From positions 225,760 through 289,759 of the forward strand of contig CAJINV010000021.1 of assembly GCA_905178155.1 (NCBI GenBank): a stretch of 64,000 bases of DNA. Reading direction: 5' to 3'. Positions 13,101 to 24,000 of the stretch are shown here, in pieces. This stretch comes from Amoebophrya sp. A120. Taxonomy: Eukaryota > Protista > Dinoflagellata. Position 1 is the stretch's first letter, and each line of letters begins with the position of its first letter. The notes under the pieces were generated by a model. That model was not told the origin of the DNA and did not search any database. It was given only the letters and a program-made list of their open reading frames with translations. The position numbers and the translations under genes were made by a program.

Positions 13101-16100
13101 GGGTATTTCGACCCGGTGAAAAAAGAAGTCATTGCGAACATTTCTTCAGAAAGCAGGAAAGGCGAGGAACTGCGGGATTGTACGTCACAATCAGAAGTAG
13201 GAGGAATTTCTGATGGAGAAGATGCAATAAACAGACCGCGAGAAAAGCCTTCCACGACTGCGTGCTGGTGGAACACTTCAGACACAGTGGAGCTCGTTTG
13301 GTCTTCAAATAAATCGGCAAAAGAACCAGATCAAGATCCTTACTCCCAGGTCCGGCTGAAATTCATCGGGCGGTCGGACTTCCGGGTGAAGATTAACGGC
13401 GAAATGACCGACTTGGGGCAGGTGAAAGAAAATATTGCGAAGTATCTGGCAGAGACTGAGCAAGCACAATCAGCAGCAGGAGTTGCGAGCACCACGACGA
13501 CGAGCAATTCCAATCGTTCCTCTGGTCGTCAAGAACGGGCTGCAGAAGAGCCACTTGCTGCGAAGATGATCTCGAATTCCGAGGTGGAGCTACTCCGTTT
13601 CACCGAGGTGTGGCAGCGGTACCCAGTCACTTTTCACCTGTTTGTCGCTTTGGGACGCCCGAGCAACGCGGGCGGGGAGAGAGGTGAAAATCACCACAAC
13701 AAGCCTAGCGCAACTTCTTCCGCAGCTGCGCTACCAACATCCTCGCCGACAAACGTGAAAGAGATCCTCGCTATCAAGAAGCTCGTTCCTTCCGCGCCGC
13801 ACATCAAGCTGCACTTCCTGCCGAGCACAGGCCTTCCACGGCACCCGGTTACTGGGAAGGTAGATCGGAAGGCGCTCAACGCGCAATTTAACGCACCGAT
13901 GTTCGGGTTCCCGTTCCAGGATGCGAGGGTCAGGTGCGGAAGGCAAGAAGCGGCAGTGGGGTCCCTGCGTGAGCCTGAGCTGCCCGTTGTTGACGTCGCG
14001 GCTGTTTCGTCCCTTGCGAAGAACATGGACGCCAGCAGCGAAAAGATGTTCTCCACGACGAGGGCCCATCAGATGGGAGGTTTGCACTACAAACTGCGGG
14101 ACGATGTTGAAGAAATGTGCATCAATGGCTCCGCGACAGGGGAGCGAGTTGAGCAAACATCAGCAGCCACATTAAGTGTTGAATCCGCAACAAAGACGAA
14201 GCAGGAGGAGCCGACATCGCAACACCTTCAAAATGCGACGCCACAAGAGAGAACAACGGAGAGCAGCAACTCTTACACTAGAACGTGCACCTCATCGCTA
14301 CTTCCCTCCGCAAAAACGCGGTGGACAGCCATAAGAAATTGGCTTCGTGAGCTAAGCGACGAGTATTCTGACGTCTACCGGGGTGACCATCCGGTGGAGA
14401 TTCCGGATTTTGTCGATCTTGTATTCGGAAAAGAAGTTGCTCAGCCACGCACTGAACAGACAGCTGTTTTCAGTGACGAGGAGGCCTGCTGTGGCGACCA
14501 CCACGCCCCCCAAGATGAAATGGAAAGCGCTTCTCTCTTTCACTCCGCCAGCGTCACACACCCCGACTACCGATTGCCTTTACCGGTTCCCTGTCTCAAC
14601 GCGAGGGGTTTCCAGGCCCTGGACGATCACGCGCGGCTGAATTGGGCCATCCGGCTGGAAGCCTGCTGGCGTCTCGGGCTCGGGCTTTGCTTAATACTCC
14701 TCGTGTTGACCAACGCGATCCTTGCGGTGGTTTCTGAGGAAGGTGATGTTGAGTTTTATCGACATACGAGTAGTACTAGTCCCAGCGCAACATCAAGCCC
14801 TCTCAACAACATCTTCCCCGCATCACTTCTCGCCCTGATCACAACTTTCCTATTGCGAAGGTTGTTCGGCTTTTTGCTCCTGGCTTACTGGGTCAGTTTC
14901 ATGCACGCGGCGCTGCTGCAACTGCTCCAGTTCCGCACGGCCGTCAGCGTGGTTTCCCAGAGCAAGAACTATTGGCGACAGCGGTTGGACCTGGTCCGCG
15001 CCTGGTTGCGGGAGGACATCTGTCGCGAGTTTCTACTCCGAGAGCTCGGCGTGTGTTTTTTTTTCATCGCGATGGCGCTCTGCGTTCAGATGTGGGACGA
15101 GATGGAAGAACAGGAAGGAAAACTCATTCGTGCTGAAAGACTTCTACAGGGCACTGCATCTACTTCATCACAAAAATCCTCTCGAGACGACATATACGAA
15201 AATTTTTACGACACCCCGCCGGTGAATTTTAATTTTCCTTCGGTACAACTACAACTATGTGCCTCATCTCTCCTCCACCTCCCCTTGTTCACATTTCTGA
15301 AACTCTTCCTGAAACTCCTCCCAGTCCTTCTCGGGGTCCTTGGTATCCTCTCCCACGCGCTACTCATCCGGCACCCGAGCAGGCTTTTTTTTTGGCCGGT
15401 GGTGTATTGGCAGGCCATCCTGCTTATCAAATGTAAAAATGTCTGGGTTTGGAAGATTGCCAGGCTTGTCATGCACATTTTGCATGACTCCTGATGTCTG
15501 TGATGCATGCCCTAGCATCACAGATTTTGTGAGGCCTTCCTGATGCCTATACCGCATGACAAATGCTCTTTCCGTGTAGCAAAACTTGGACTCTCTTTGC
15601 TGCTCATGCAATACAGATTTTTTTAGAATCCAAAATCAGCATGACAAGATGGATTCTTCCAGACCCAGACATTTTTACATTTGATACTGCTGCAACTGGT
15701 TTCGCCGACGGACGGGTGCGCGTGGCAACTGCAGGCATCCGGATTGTTCCAGCTCGGGTGGAAGCATTTGAGGTACCTGGAAATGCTTGGGATGGCGGGT
15801 GATGCGATTCTGCAAATGATTCGGAAGTCATACTCACGCTCAACAGCAGCTACATGGCTAGGATTTATTTCTGAGGACAAGACAGGGGACGTCGGTGCAC
15901 AGTGTAGCTTGTTCGACAAGAGAAGTAGACAAGAGGATGATCATGATACTACGACGCATGATGTCGAGGATGAGCGGCGCGCTGCTGGACGCGCTTCACC
16001 AGAACGAGACACGGCGGACAATTACTCACGTGGCAGAACTAAATTTTACGAGCGAAACCAAACCGAATCCCCACGTAGTTCCTCGTCCCAGCAAAGCCAA

Positions 16101-18271
16101 AGCTCCGCAGATGAACAAAAGTCGAAGGCTTGGTACTGCAAAACCCCGGGCTGCAACCGCCTTCAGTACAAGGACAGGTATTTCAATCCCGAGTTCACTG
16201 ACCCGCTTTACAAGCAGGACGAAGGGTCGGTGCTGCAGGCTGTGGCTGGAAGTAGTAGAACGTCGGGTGATCATCAGAATGGCCACGGTAGTAGTTGTAC
16301 AAAAATGCAAAGTAGCAGCTCGTCCGCGACAGAAGACGAGAAGGAAAAAGACTACCAGAAATCCCGGCGGTGGTTGGGGTACTGTAGTATGTGCTGGAAC
16401 GAGAAGAGGTTGACGTATTTGCAATACAGCGTCAACTGTGTCGGGGAGCTGCAGAGGTTTCTCGCATCTTCAAATAACGCAGCTTGTAGTTCCTCGTCAG
16501 GAAACGATGAAGAAAAAGACGGCGAAAAAATTCGTGCCCAAATCCTACTCAGGGACGACGATGACTCGTCATCTTCAGACCTGTTCACTGCAAAGCTGGC
16601 TACCTGCACAGACGCGATAGAGTTGCCCAGTGCCGTTTTTCAAAAAGCGAAGGAGCAGACGCAAGGTCAAATGCTTGTTGGTCATCATCTCGAGGACGCG
16701 TCGTCGAAGCAGGATAATTGTAATTTTTATTCTGCCGCCACCGCCTGGACGAAGGAAGACGAGGAGTTTTGGAGCCGGAAAAAAGTGGTTGACGGTAGTG
16801 AAAATAATCTCAAAGGGACGTCTATCCTGAGTAAAAACGTACCCACACCAGAGTCAGGATGGGGAATCTGCTAGACAAATCAGCCAGCTTTGGTTGTTTG
16901 GCATGACAAGTTTGTCCGCGTAGTTCTGGTGTGGGTAATCTGCTAGACAAATCAGCCAGCTTTGGTTGTTTGGCATGACAAGTTTGTCCGCGTAGTGTAG
17001 TGCTGTTTGAGCTAGTTTAGCAGCATTACAGATCTAGTATCTCGTGCTGATTGGAGCATGACAAATTTCAAAACCGCATTAGAAAATGCGGGGCTCCGCA
17101 TGAGAAACATTTTAAGCATGCAGAGTTGCATGACAACTATGGTGTGGGTACGTTTTTACTCAGGATAGCCTCGAGATTTTACGACGACGATGAGGATGAC
17201 GAGGCGAGGTGGAAATTGCCGGTCTTGAAGGAAGAGGATCTTGGATTTTTCTCTAAGTTTTGTCTCTCCTTCAGCGGCAAACTCGAGAACCTGTTCCAGG
17301 AGTCGTACTCATTTACGTCAGGCAAGGACGACAATTCACCTGCAGACGAGGATAAAACTGCAAGCGAGAATAAAGCAAAAATCAACCTGTGGAGTTGCTT
17401 TCGAGACGTGTTCTGGAGCTTCTGCGTGGACCTCCCGGTGACTGGAGCGCTTTTTCTCGCAGGATTACAACTTTTGGGCTTCGTTTGGGTAGCTGGTTTT
17501 GTCGCAGAGAGGGCGTTTGCTTGGATAGTTTCTACGGACAACGACGGAGATGAAGACGCAGAGGCTCCTGCTGGTGTTCAGATAAATCCTGGGAAAATAG
17601 TAAAGCACCGACAAGAATTTCATGAGAAGTACTGGAATTGCGAGTCCTGGATTAAAACGTGCGACTCACTGCTCGCGTCAATTCAAGTCGAGTTTGCGCA
17701 AGCTTGTGCGGCGCTCAACGCTGCTCCTGCTGAAAGCGGTACATCAACTAGGGTTACCAGTGCACCAACGTCCGAAATTTTGAACCAGTTCGTGCACTCT
17801 AACCGAGGGTTCGGAAGCGTCGCGGCTTCTTCATCGTCATTCTGGCGCACGACCAAACACCTACCTGCTCAAGGCAACGCGGAGCGCGCCTCCCGCGATG
17901 GTATATTACTAGCGACCTCGTCCTCCACGTCGAAGAAGCAGACAAGCCAGGAACTTATCGATCCGACAGAAGAACGCACGACGATTACTCCGACAACCTC
18001 AACGGAGAGCAGCAATAAGCGCCCGGTTTTGTTGCAGGAGGACCTGATCCTGGCCCACAGGACCACAGAACAAAAGCAGAAACGCGAGGATCAAGATGGG
18101 TCTAGCAACCTACAGCAAGAGCGTGCAGCTGATCGCCACGGCAGCTCAAGCAGCTCACATGAACAAGATCCGGCGGCATCAATAAACAACTGGTCCAGTT
18201 GTAACTATGTCGATGTAGATCTTGTCAAGAATGGCGATAATTATGCAAAACTCCAGAATTGTGGACAGTGA
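10184..18271 (+). CDS. ANL-superfamily (NRPS-like) adenylation-domain protein with C-terminal TM segments, 6 exons
   Basis: Exons ~10184-10757, 11011-11991, 12277-12315, 12631-15424, 15692-16822, 17173-18271 join in frame. Motifs LMYTGGT, FTWGEKL, GRSDFRVKING, LPRHPVTGKVDRKAL. The 5' end may extend upstream. Confidence 0.8.
10758..11005. mobile_element. TAT...ATA introner, TSD GGCAG/AGCAG
   Basis: IR tatgagagtgcac / gtgcacttccata; removal gives ALA/DFRVDE. Confidence 0.85.
11992..12271. mobile_element. Introner, family-1-related, TSD GGGCA
   Basis: tatcaaatgcaaaaatgtctgggtct... ; gggca on both sides; removal gives DLG/KDNVDLIFTWGEK. Confidence 0.92.
12316..12625. mobile_element. Introner family 2, perfect 20-bp TIR, TSD AAAGC, internal tandem repeats
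   Basis: tatgcactgcaaaagtatcg / cgatacttttgcagtgcata; gaaacagcctagggccaa x3 (12415, 12456, 12494); removal gives GEK/LPDHLAEK. Confidence 0.95.
15425..15686. mobile_element. Introner family 1, inverted orientation, TSD CTGCT
   Basis: Same TIR as 7471; interior matches the reverse complement of the 7471 and 57164 copies; removal gives QAIL/LQLVSP. Confidence 0.95.
16823..17167. mobile_element. Introner family 3, perfect 28-bp TIR, decayed TSD ACGTC/GCCTC
   Basis: tatcctgagtaaaaacgtacccacacca and its reverse complement; removal gives KGT/SRFYDDD. Confidence 0.9.
16865..16996. repeat. 60-bp direct duplication separated by a 12-bp TIR fragment
   Basis: 16865-16924 matches 16937-16996; spacer tctggtgtgggt is the reverse complement of 16841-16852. 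Confidence 0.9.
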
Positions 18272-18970
18272 AGAAGGACAAACACACAGATCCGGTGTGG
18301 TTACAGTAAGGGCTTGGCTATTCCTCTTCTAGTGCAGTAAAGTTCCTGTTGAAAGTTCCTTTCTGTTTTGGATATTGTGTTGTTGGTGAGATATGATCTC
18401 ATGTTCCTGCCACTAGAAGAGACTTGTATGTGTAGAGACAGCATGCATTAGCTGCCTCGAGTCTGGCTACTCCATCTGCAAGATGATTGAAAACTACGCC
18501 AGGTAGAACCAAGGATGACAAACGCTAAAGCGGCCCTCGTACGGTTGGAAACTCCCACGCAGTTTGTTGCGTGCTGATGAAACTCAGTGAAGACCTTGCA
18601 GGCCATGCTTGACAAAGGTACCTTTCCTCTCAGTTGTTGCAGGCAGGTAGTGCTGCTACCTGTGCTCTCTTCGGAGCCCACAGTTAGTAGTGCCCCCTGT
18701 CAGTTGTTGTTTCATTCCATGCTCCACATAAGCGATACGAAGTAGAGGCTGTAAATGATGGAGATCCGCATGTGTGCGAAAAAACAGATCTGCATGAGAA
18801 AAATGATTAGCGTATTTGGTGCACAATCTGGAACTATATCCCCGACACTCGCCTCACAACATACAGTGCCCAGTTTCCAAAAATGCCTTTCGCATGCAGC
18901 TGTAGTTAAAAAGCTATCACCTCCTCGTGTCGTTAGACTCCACCTGCGCTGTAAGTATCGCCCTGGAAAA

Positions 18971-19576
18971 ATGCCCCCAGCCCCGATCCGCACATGCGCG
19001 AAGTGCGCAGAGAAGGAAGCTGATAATCAAGCTCTCCTTCGTGAGCGCTCTGAAAAGAATGAAGAAATCGCGGGATGGGAAAAGCGCTGGAAAAATGACT
19101 CTGTATCCATGGAGAACCAGCAGGAGCTCGCCTCTGTTCGCTTACGCCTGCGTGATGCGATCAAAGGCAAAAACAAAGCCATTATTGAGAAGAATGCCTT
19201 GAAAGAGGAGAAAAAAGAACTAGAAGAAAAGTATGAGGAATTGGAGAAAGAGTGCCAATTAGCTAATGCGCATGCGTTCCTTGGCGCGGAATGTGTGAAA
19301 AAAGCGCTGTGGCTGCGCGGTCAATGTAAGAGACACGAATTTAAGGACCTCTTAATTTGTGATCTCCCGCATAAGAAGACCCCATTCACAAACGAGCACC
19401 TAATCGCACAGATGCTCCCGAGTGATGAAGTTGCTGGCCCCCTGCCAGATCGTGAATCCTTAGAGAAGATGACTGATGCGGTGCTCGACCAGATGTCCGA
19501 TTTTCTCGGTCGCTGGTCGACCGATGAGCACTCGTTAAAAAAGAAGGAAGCCTCTAGCTCTAGTAAGAAGAAATAA
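18971..19576 (+). CDS. Hypothetical coiled-coil protein with N-terminal CxxC (~201 aa)
   Basis: MPPAPIRTCAKCAEKE... followed by E/K-rich heptads; downstream ATG chosen within ORF 18755-19576. Confidence 0.6.
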   Translation: MPPAPIRTCAKCAEKEADNQALLRERSEKNEEIAGWEKRWKNDSVSMENQQELASVRLRLRDAIKGKNKAIIEKNALKEEKKELEEKYEELEKECQLANAHAFLGAECVKKALWLRGQCKRHEFKDLLICDLPHKKTPFTNEHLIAQMLPSDEVAGPLPDRESLEKMTDAVLDQMSDFLGRWSTDEHSLKKKEASSSSKKK

Positions 19577-19850
19577 GAAAACGTTAAGAAGATTCCTGAT
19601 TACATTCGAGAAACATCTATGTCGTCACTAGAGCGAATTGAACTAGCTGCCTTGCACTAGAGCGAGTTGTACTACGTATCTATTTTCTCTTCTATTCATC
19701 ATCACTTATCGAGGGACACGGAGGAGTATCTACGTACCAGTTTTTAAGATGTACACAACTTCACATTTACAAATGCATTTGATAAAAATATAGAGCCAAG
19801 CTATCGTCATCATTCAGAAAACTAGCACCGCCACCCGTCACCTCCACAAG

Positions 19851-20472
19851 ATGCTGACAGTGCTAGTCACAGCAGTGGCGACATTGTTCGTCACTCCTGC
19901 AAGCTACATCATGCCGGTGGTAGCCGCAACGTGGTCGTCGTGCACTACTCGTGGCGGTCACTTCAGAATGCTCATGTTCTTTTACGGGACATCTGAAGTA
20001 TTTACTTGATATGTGATGCCCTCTTAGCACCTTCCATGAATGCACAAGTCTGTCATGACAAATTGCATATGTGAACTAATCCAACAATCAAATATTCCCA
20101 GGTCCGGATCTTGCTCGCCATGGCCGCATTTTCTTGGATGTTGGGAAACGAGGGCAGGATTCTCACCTACGAAGGATGCATTGTCGGATGCCTCCAATAT
20201 CTACTGTGGCAGATGGCAGAAATTGCGCGTAGTTACTACTTTATATTTGATATGATGACGATGACCATTTACAAATGCATGGCATGGAGCATGACAAATT
20301 GATGCGATGGTACGAAAATGCTAATCGAAATGTATCCAAACTTGACAAAACAGGTTGCTGCCGAGGAATAATGAGCAACACCCGCAGGATCCGTTTCATG
20401 CTCCAACAAAATAATCACGGTGAAGCTGTGGTAGTGCAAAATGACTTGCAAGTCATTAACAACGATGACTAG
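19851..20472 (+). CDS. Small hydrophobic (membrane) protein, 130 aa, 3 exons
   Basis: Exons 19851-19997, 20102-20228, 20354-20472 joined by phase-matched GT-AG introns. Confidence 0.6.
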
Positions 20473-21071
20473 AGTGAGTGGTGTATCTCCACCTGCTCTC
20501 GAAGACCTTTTTTTTGTCCTCAAGATGAATGAATCATTCCTCAGCTGAAAAGTGCTTCTTTTCATCAGCAGGAATCAAACAATCGAGCACTCCCAGCCCT
20601 GCACTTGTGCAGTATTACCTGTAAACAGCATAGCAGCCAAAGCCATGCTGTTAGCCATCATTGTGTTTGTTCGTTCCTATGACGCAAATTAGCATTGCAA
20701 GCCAGTACAGGATGAAAAACAACATCACGAAAATGTGACAGAGACTGGCATCACAGACTAGCACCAGAGAGCCGTACCATCTACATCACAAAGTAGAATA
20801 TAAATACCTATCTGCAGCATTACAGGTCTACCCGCAACTGCCGAGTGATTACAGAGTGAAGCAGAGAAAAACCACAAGAGAGATAGAGTGTAGAAATCGA
20901 GAATCAGCTGCACGAGGGGAGATGGAAGAAATAGAGAGATACAAACAGATGCGTCTTCCATTTCTTCTTTCCAAAAAACACTGTAGGGCTGAAACTTTTT
21001 CGTGATCATAGACAGAAACCTTGAAAATGAAGTTTTGGTCCTCCGAATAGCTGGATTTCTCCCCAGTGAAG

Positions 21072-24000
21072 ATGACAGGACGTAAAAGCAGTACCGCTGA
21101 GAAGCGGAAATCTGCCGTAAAGGTATGCCCTTTCTCTAATGATTACTTTGGTTTATTGTTTTGATTTTTGCTTCCGACAGTATACAGAAGTTGATGTCTT
21201 ATCACCATGACAAAACCAAATTAGCATAACAAATTCCATATTTGATCATGAGTCCTTGAATTATTATCAGGACGAAGCCCAGCATAAGCCGAGCCCCACG
21301 CCGAAAGCCAAAGCCGCTGTTGCGAAAGCTAGATCGAGGTCAGCATCGAGAGAGAAGGATGAAGGACGTGACACAGACCACGCTATCGACAAGAACGTGA
21401 CGCAGCCCGCGACATCGCCAGAGGACAAGCCCCTGACACAGTCCACGACAGCATCGCAGGTGAAGACCGTGTCGCAGTCCTCGTCCACGACAGAGGTGAA
21501 GAGCGTGTCGCAGTCCTCTACGACACAGGAGATGAAGGGCATGTCGCAGTCCGTGACGCACGACGAGCAACCCGCAGCAAGCAGTGTAGCGACACCCGCC
21601 CGAGCAGCTGGGAGTAGCACAGCTGCAACCATCCCGGCGTCAGCAGCAAAGCCGTCACGTACAGCAGGCGATGAACTGCAACAGGCGGCAAAAGCACCAC
21701 CTCCCGCCCCCTTGCCAGCAAACGGCTCACTTGCACCGCTACAAGTGATGCTTACGCAAGACTCGACCCTCGGCTTCTCCCTGAAGCCGGTGCCGACCAC
21801 CGTGGCGGCGCCACAGCCACAAACGGTGCCATCGATCGATGACAGGCTAGTCATCGACACTGCAGAATTTGGCGAGATGAACACGCTGGTGCAGCAGTTT
21901 GAAGAGGAGGGAGCGCTCGCTCCGCTCCCCCCGGGCGTCTGCGATGACGATGAAGCAGAACCTAGCGTCGTCAACCCCACCACCCCCAAGGTAAGTGATA
22001 TGGTGTTGAGCAGCACCAATAGTAAAGGGGTAAAACTCTTTGACCTGGGACAGGTCAAAAAGGCAAGTTTAGCCTCGGGTGAGCCAGTGGAGAAGAAGCA
22101 AAGGAGAGCTTCCTTTGCAGGAAGCGACCAAGATGTGCAGTCACAGCAGCAGACGAAGGAACCCTCCCCCCTGGACCCGAAGCCGTCAACTAGTTGCATC
22201 GCCTCACACGTCAAGTCGGTAGACGTTGCAGGGCTACGCAGCATCGGTGCTTCTGACGGGGAGATCCAGATGTTCCTCTGTGACACCCACGCTCAAACGC
22301 TGCTCGCCGAGTTCCAGGAAATTGCTGATAAGACAGGATCAGTGCTGTCTGACCAGGCATACCTGGACCTGTTGCCTCCGCCCGGATACATCAGTTCCGG
22401 TAGGCAGGTAAAAGTAGCTTTCGAGTCGGGCCCCACGCGGATAGGAGGTGCAGGTGTGTACGCAAGATTGAGCGACCCCCGCGGGTCACTAGCACCGCTG
22501 TGGGCCGCAGAGCTGGACAACTGTGACTTCTCCTTCAGGCAGACAGCAGCATATTTGTGGAGAATCGCTAACGCAATTGCACACGACCTGGACCAGAAAA
22601 TAGTGCTTGAAAGAAGTACGCAATTCTTGCGCCTCATGGTGTACGACTTGAACATCGCGCCGTGTCCGCAAAAGCCCGTGTCCGCAAAGAAATTGTGGCG
22701 AGAGGAGATCCTCTGCCAATTTGCTGCGAAGGATCCGGTGACGTTCGCGATCTACGTCTTGACCGGCCGGCTATTCGACGTGAACACCTTCACAGCGAAG
22801 TACGGGAAAGAGAAAGCGAAGAGCCAGAAGATAAAGCTGGAGACGCAGCGAGACTTCCGGCTAGGAGTCACAGTCACAAAAGTGGCGACCACGGGCTGCC
22901 AAGACACCGAGAAACTCTCGATCTCCGATGTCGACCGCCTGTGGAGAAAAGACCTCGACGTCAACGGTCAGCTCCTGCCGATTGGAGATGTGGTGAAACA
23001 GTACGTCCTTTCAGGAGCTTTTCTCCGCCGCGCGTGGCCAGTGCTCGTAGCCAGCGACTGGTACAACGTTGCTGCGCTAGCCGAGCTCCTGGGCGAGAAA
23101 CTACACACCATCCTGTATGCGCACCAACTGTCGTTCGAGACGCTAAAATTGTACAACATCCTTCCTGTTTCCGTGGTATCGGAAATATTCGAGCTATCGA
23201 GTATTACGTGGGTCAAGTTGCTGTACCCGCACATGTCCGACCTCGGAATGGTGCCCTTTAATGTGGTGATGGACAAGTTCCCGGTCGTGCATCCGACCGC
23301 GACCAACGTAGCGATGCACATGATCATGTACACCTCGCAGTTTTGGAAGAAAGATGGTGTGCGCATCACGACAGCCAACGCGGTAGAGAAGAGATTCCCG
23401 CACGTCGGTGGCAGCACAGATCCAGCCCGTGTCTGGAATGATCATATTGAGGATATGTTGGTGATGTGCATGAGCAATCACTTCATGGAGGGTCTCAGCC
23501 CGCTCTTGCACTACCAAGACATTCTCCCGCGCGGCCGGCACATGTACCACAAAAATCTGACGTACCAGAATTCCGCTGCAGTGAGCACATATCTGGACCC
23601 TGTCACCCTCCTGCCCACGACCGCACTCGACGACCGCACCACGCGGCCGAACAATAAAGTGTTCAAGAGCATCTGCCAGGAGAATGCGTACTTTGAGTCC
23701 AACCCGCGCTCGCGCACCGAGCACATGTACATGGGCCGGTTCGCCCGGTCGCAGGCCCTGTGTCTCACCATCACCAAGCACATCATCGATGACATCGGAA
23801 ACTGCCACAGCAATGACACCTTCGCGCCGACCACAGCGTCCAGGATGTCAGTGCAGCAGCCTCTTTTGCCTGAGGTGCGAACAAGATCTGCTGTACAAGC
23901 CCCGATGCTTGACGAACAGATAGCGGATGACACGCCGGACGACGCAGCAGAAGCGACGAGAATTCAAGAGCAGTTAGCCGCTGGTGCAATCGATGCTGAT

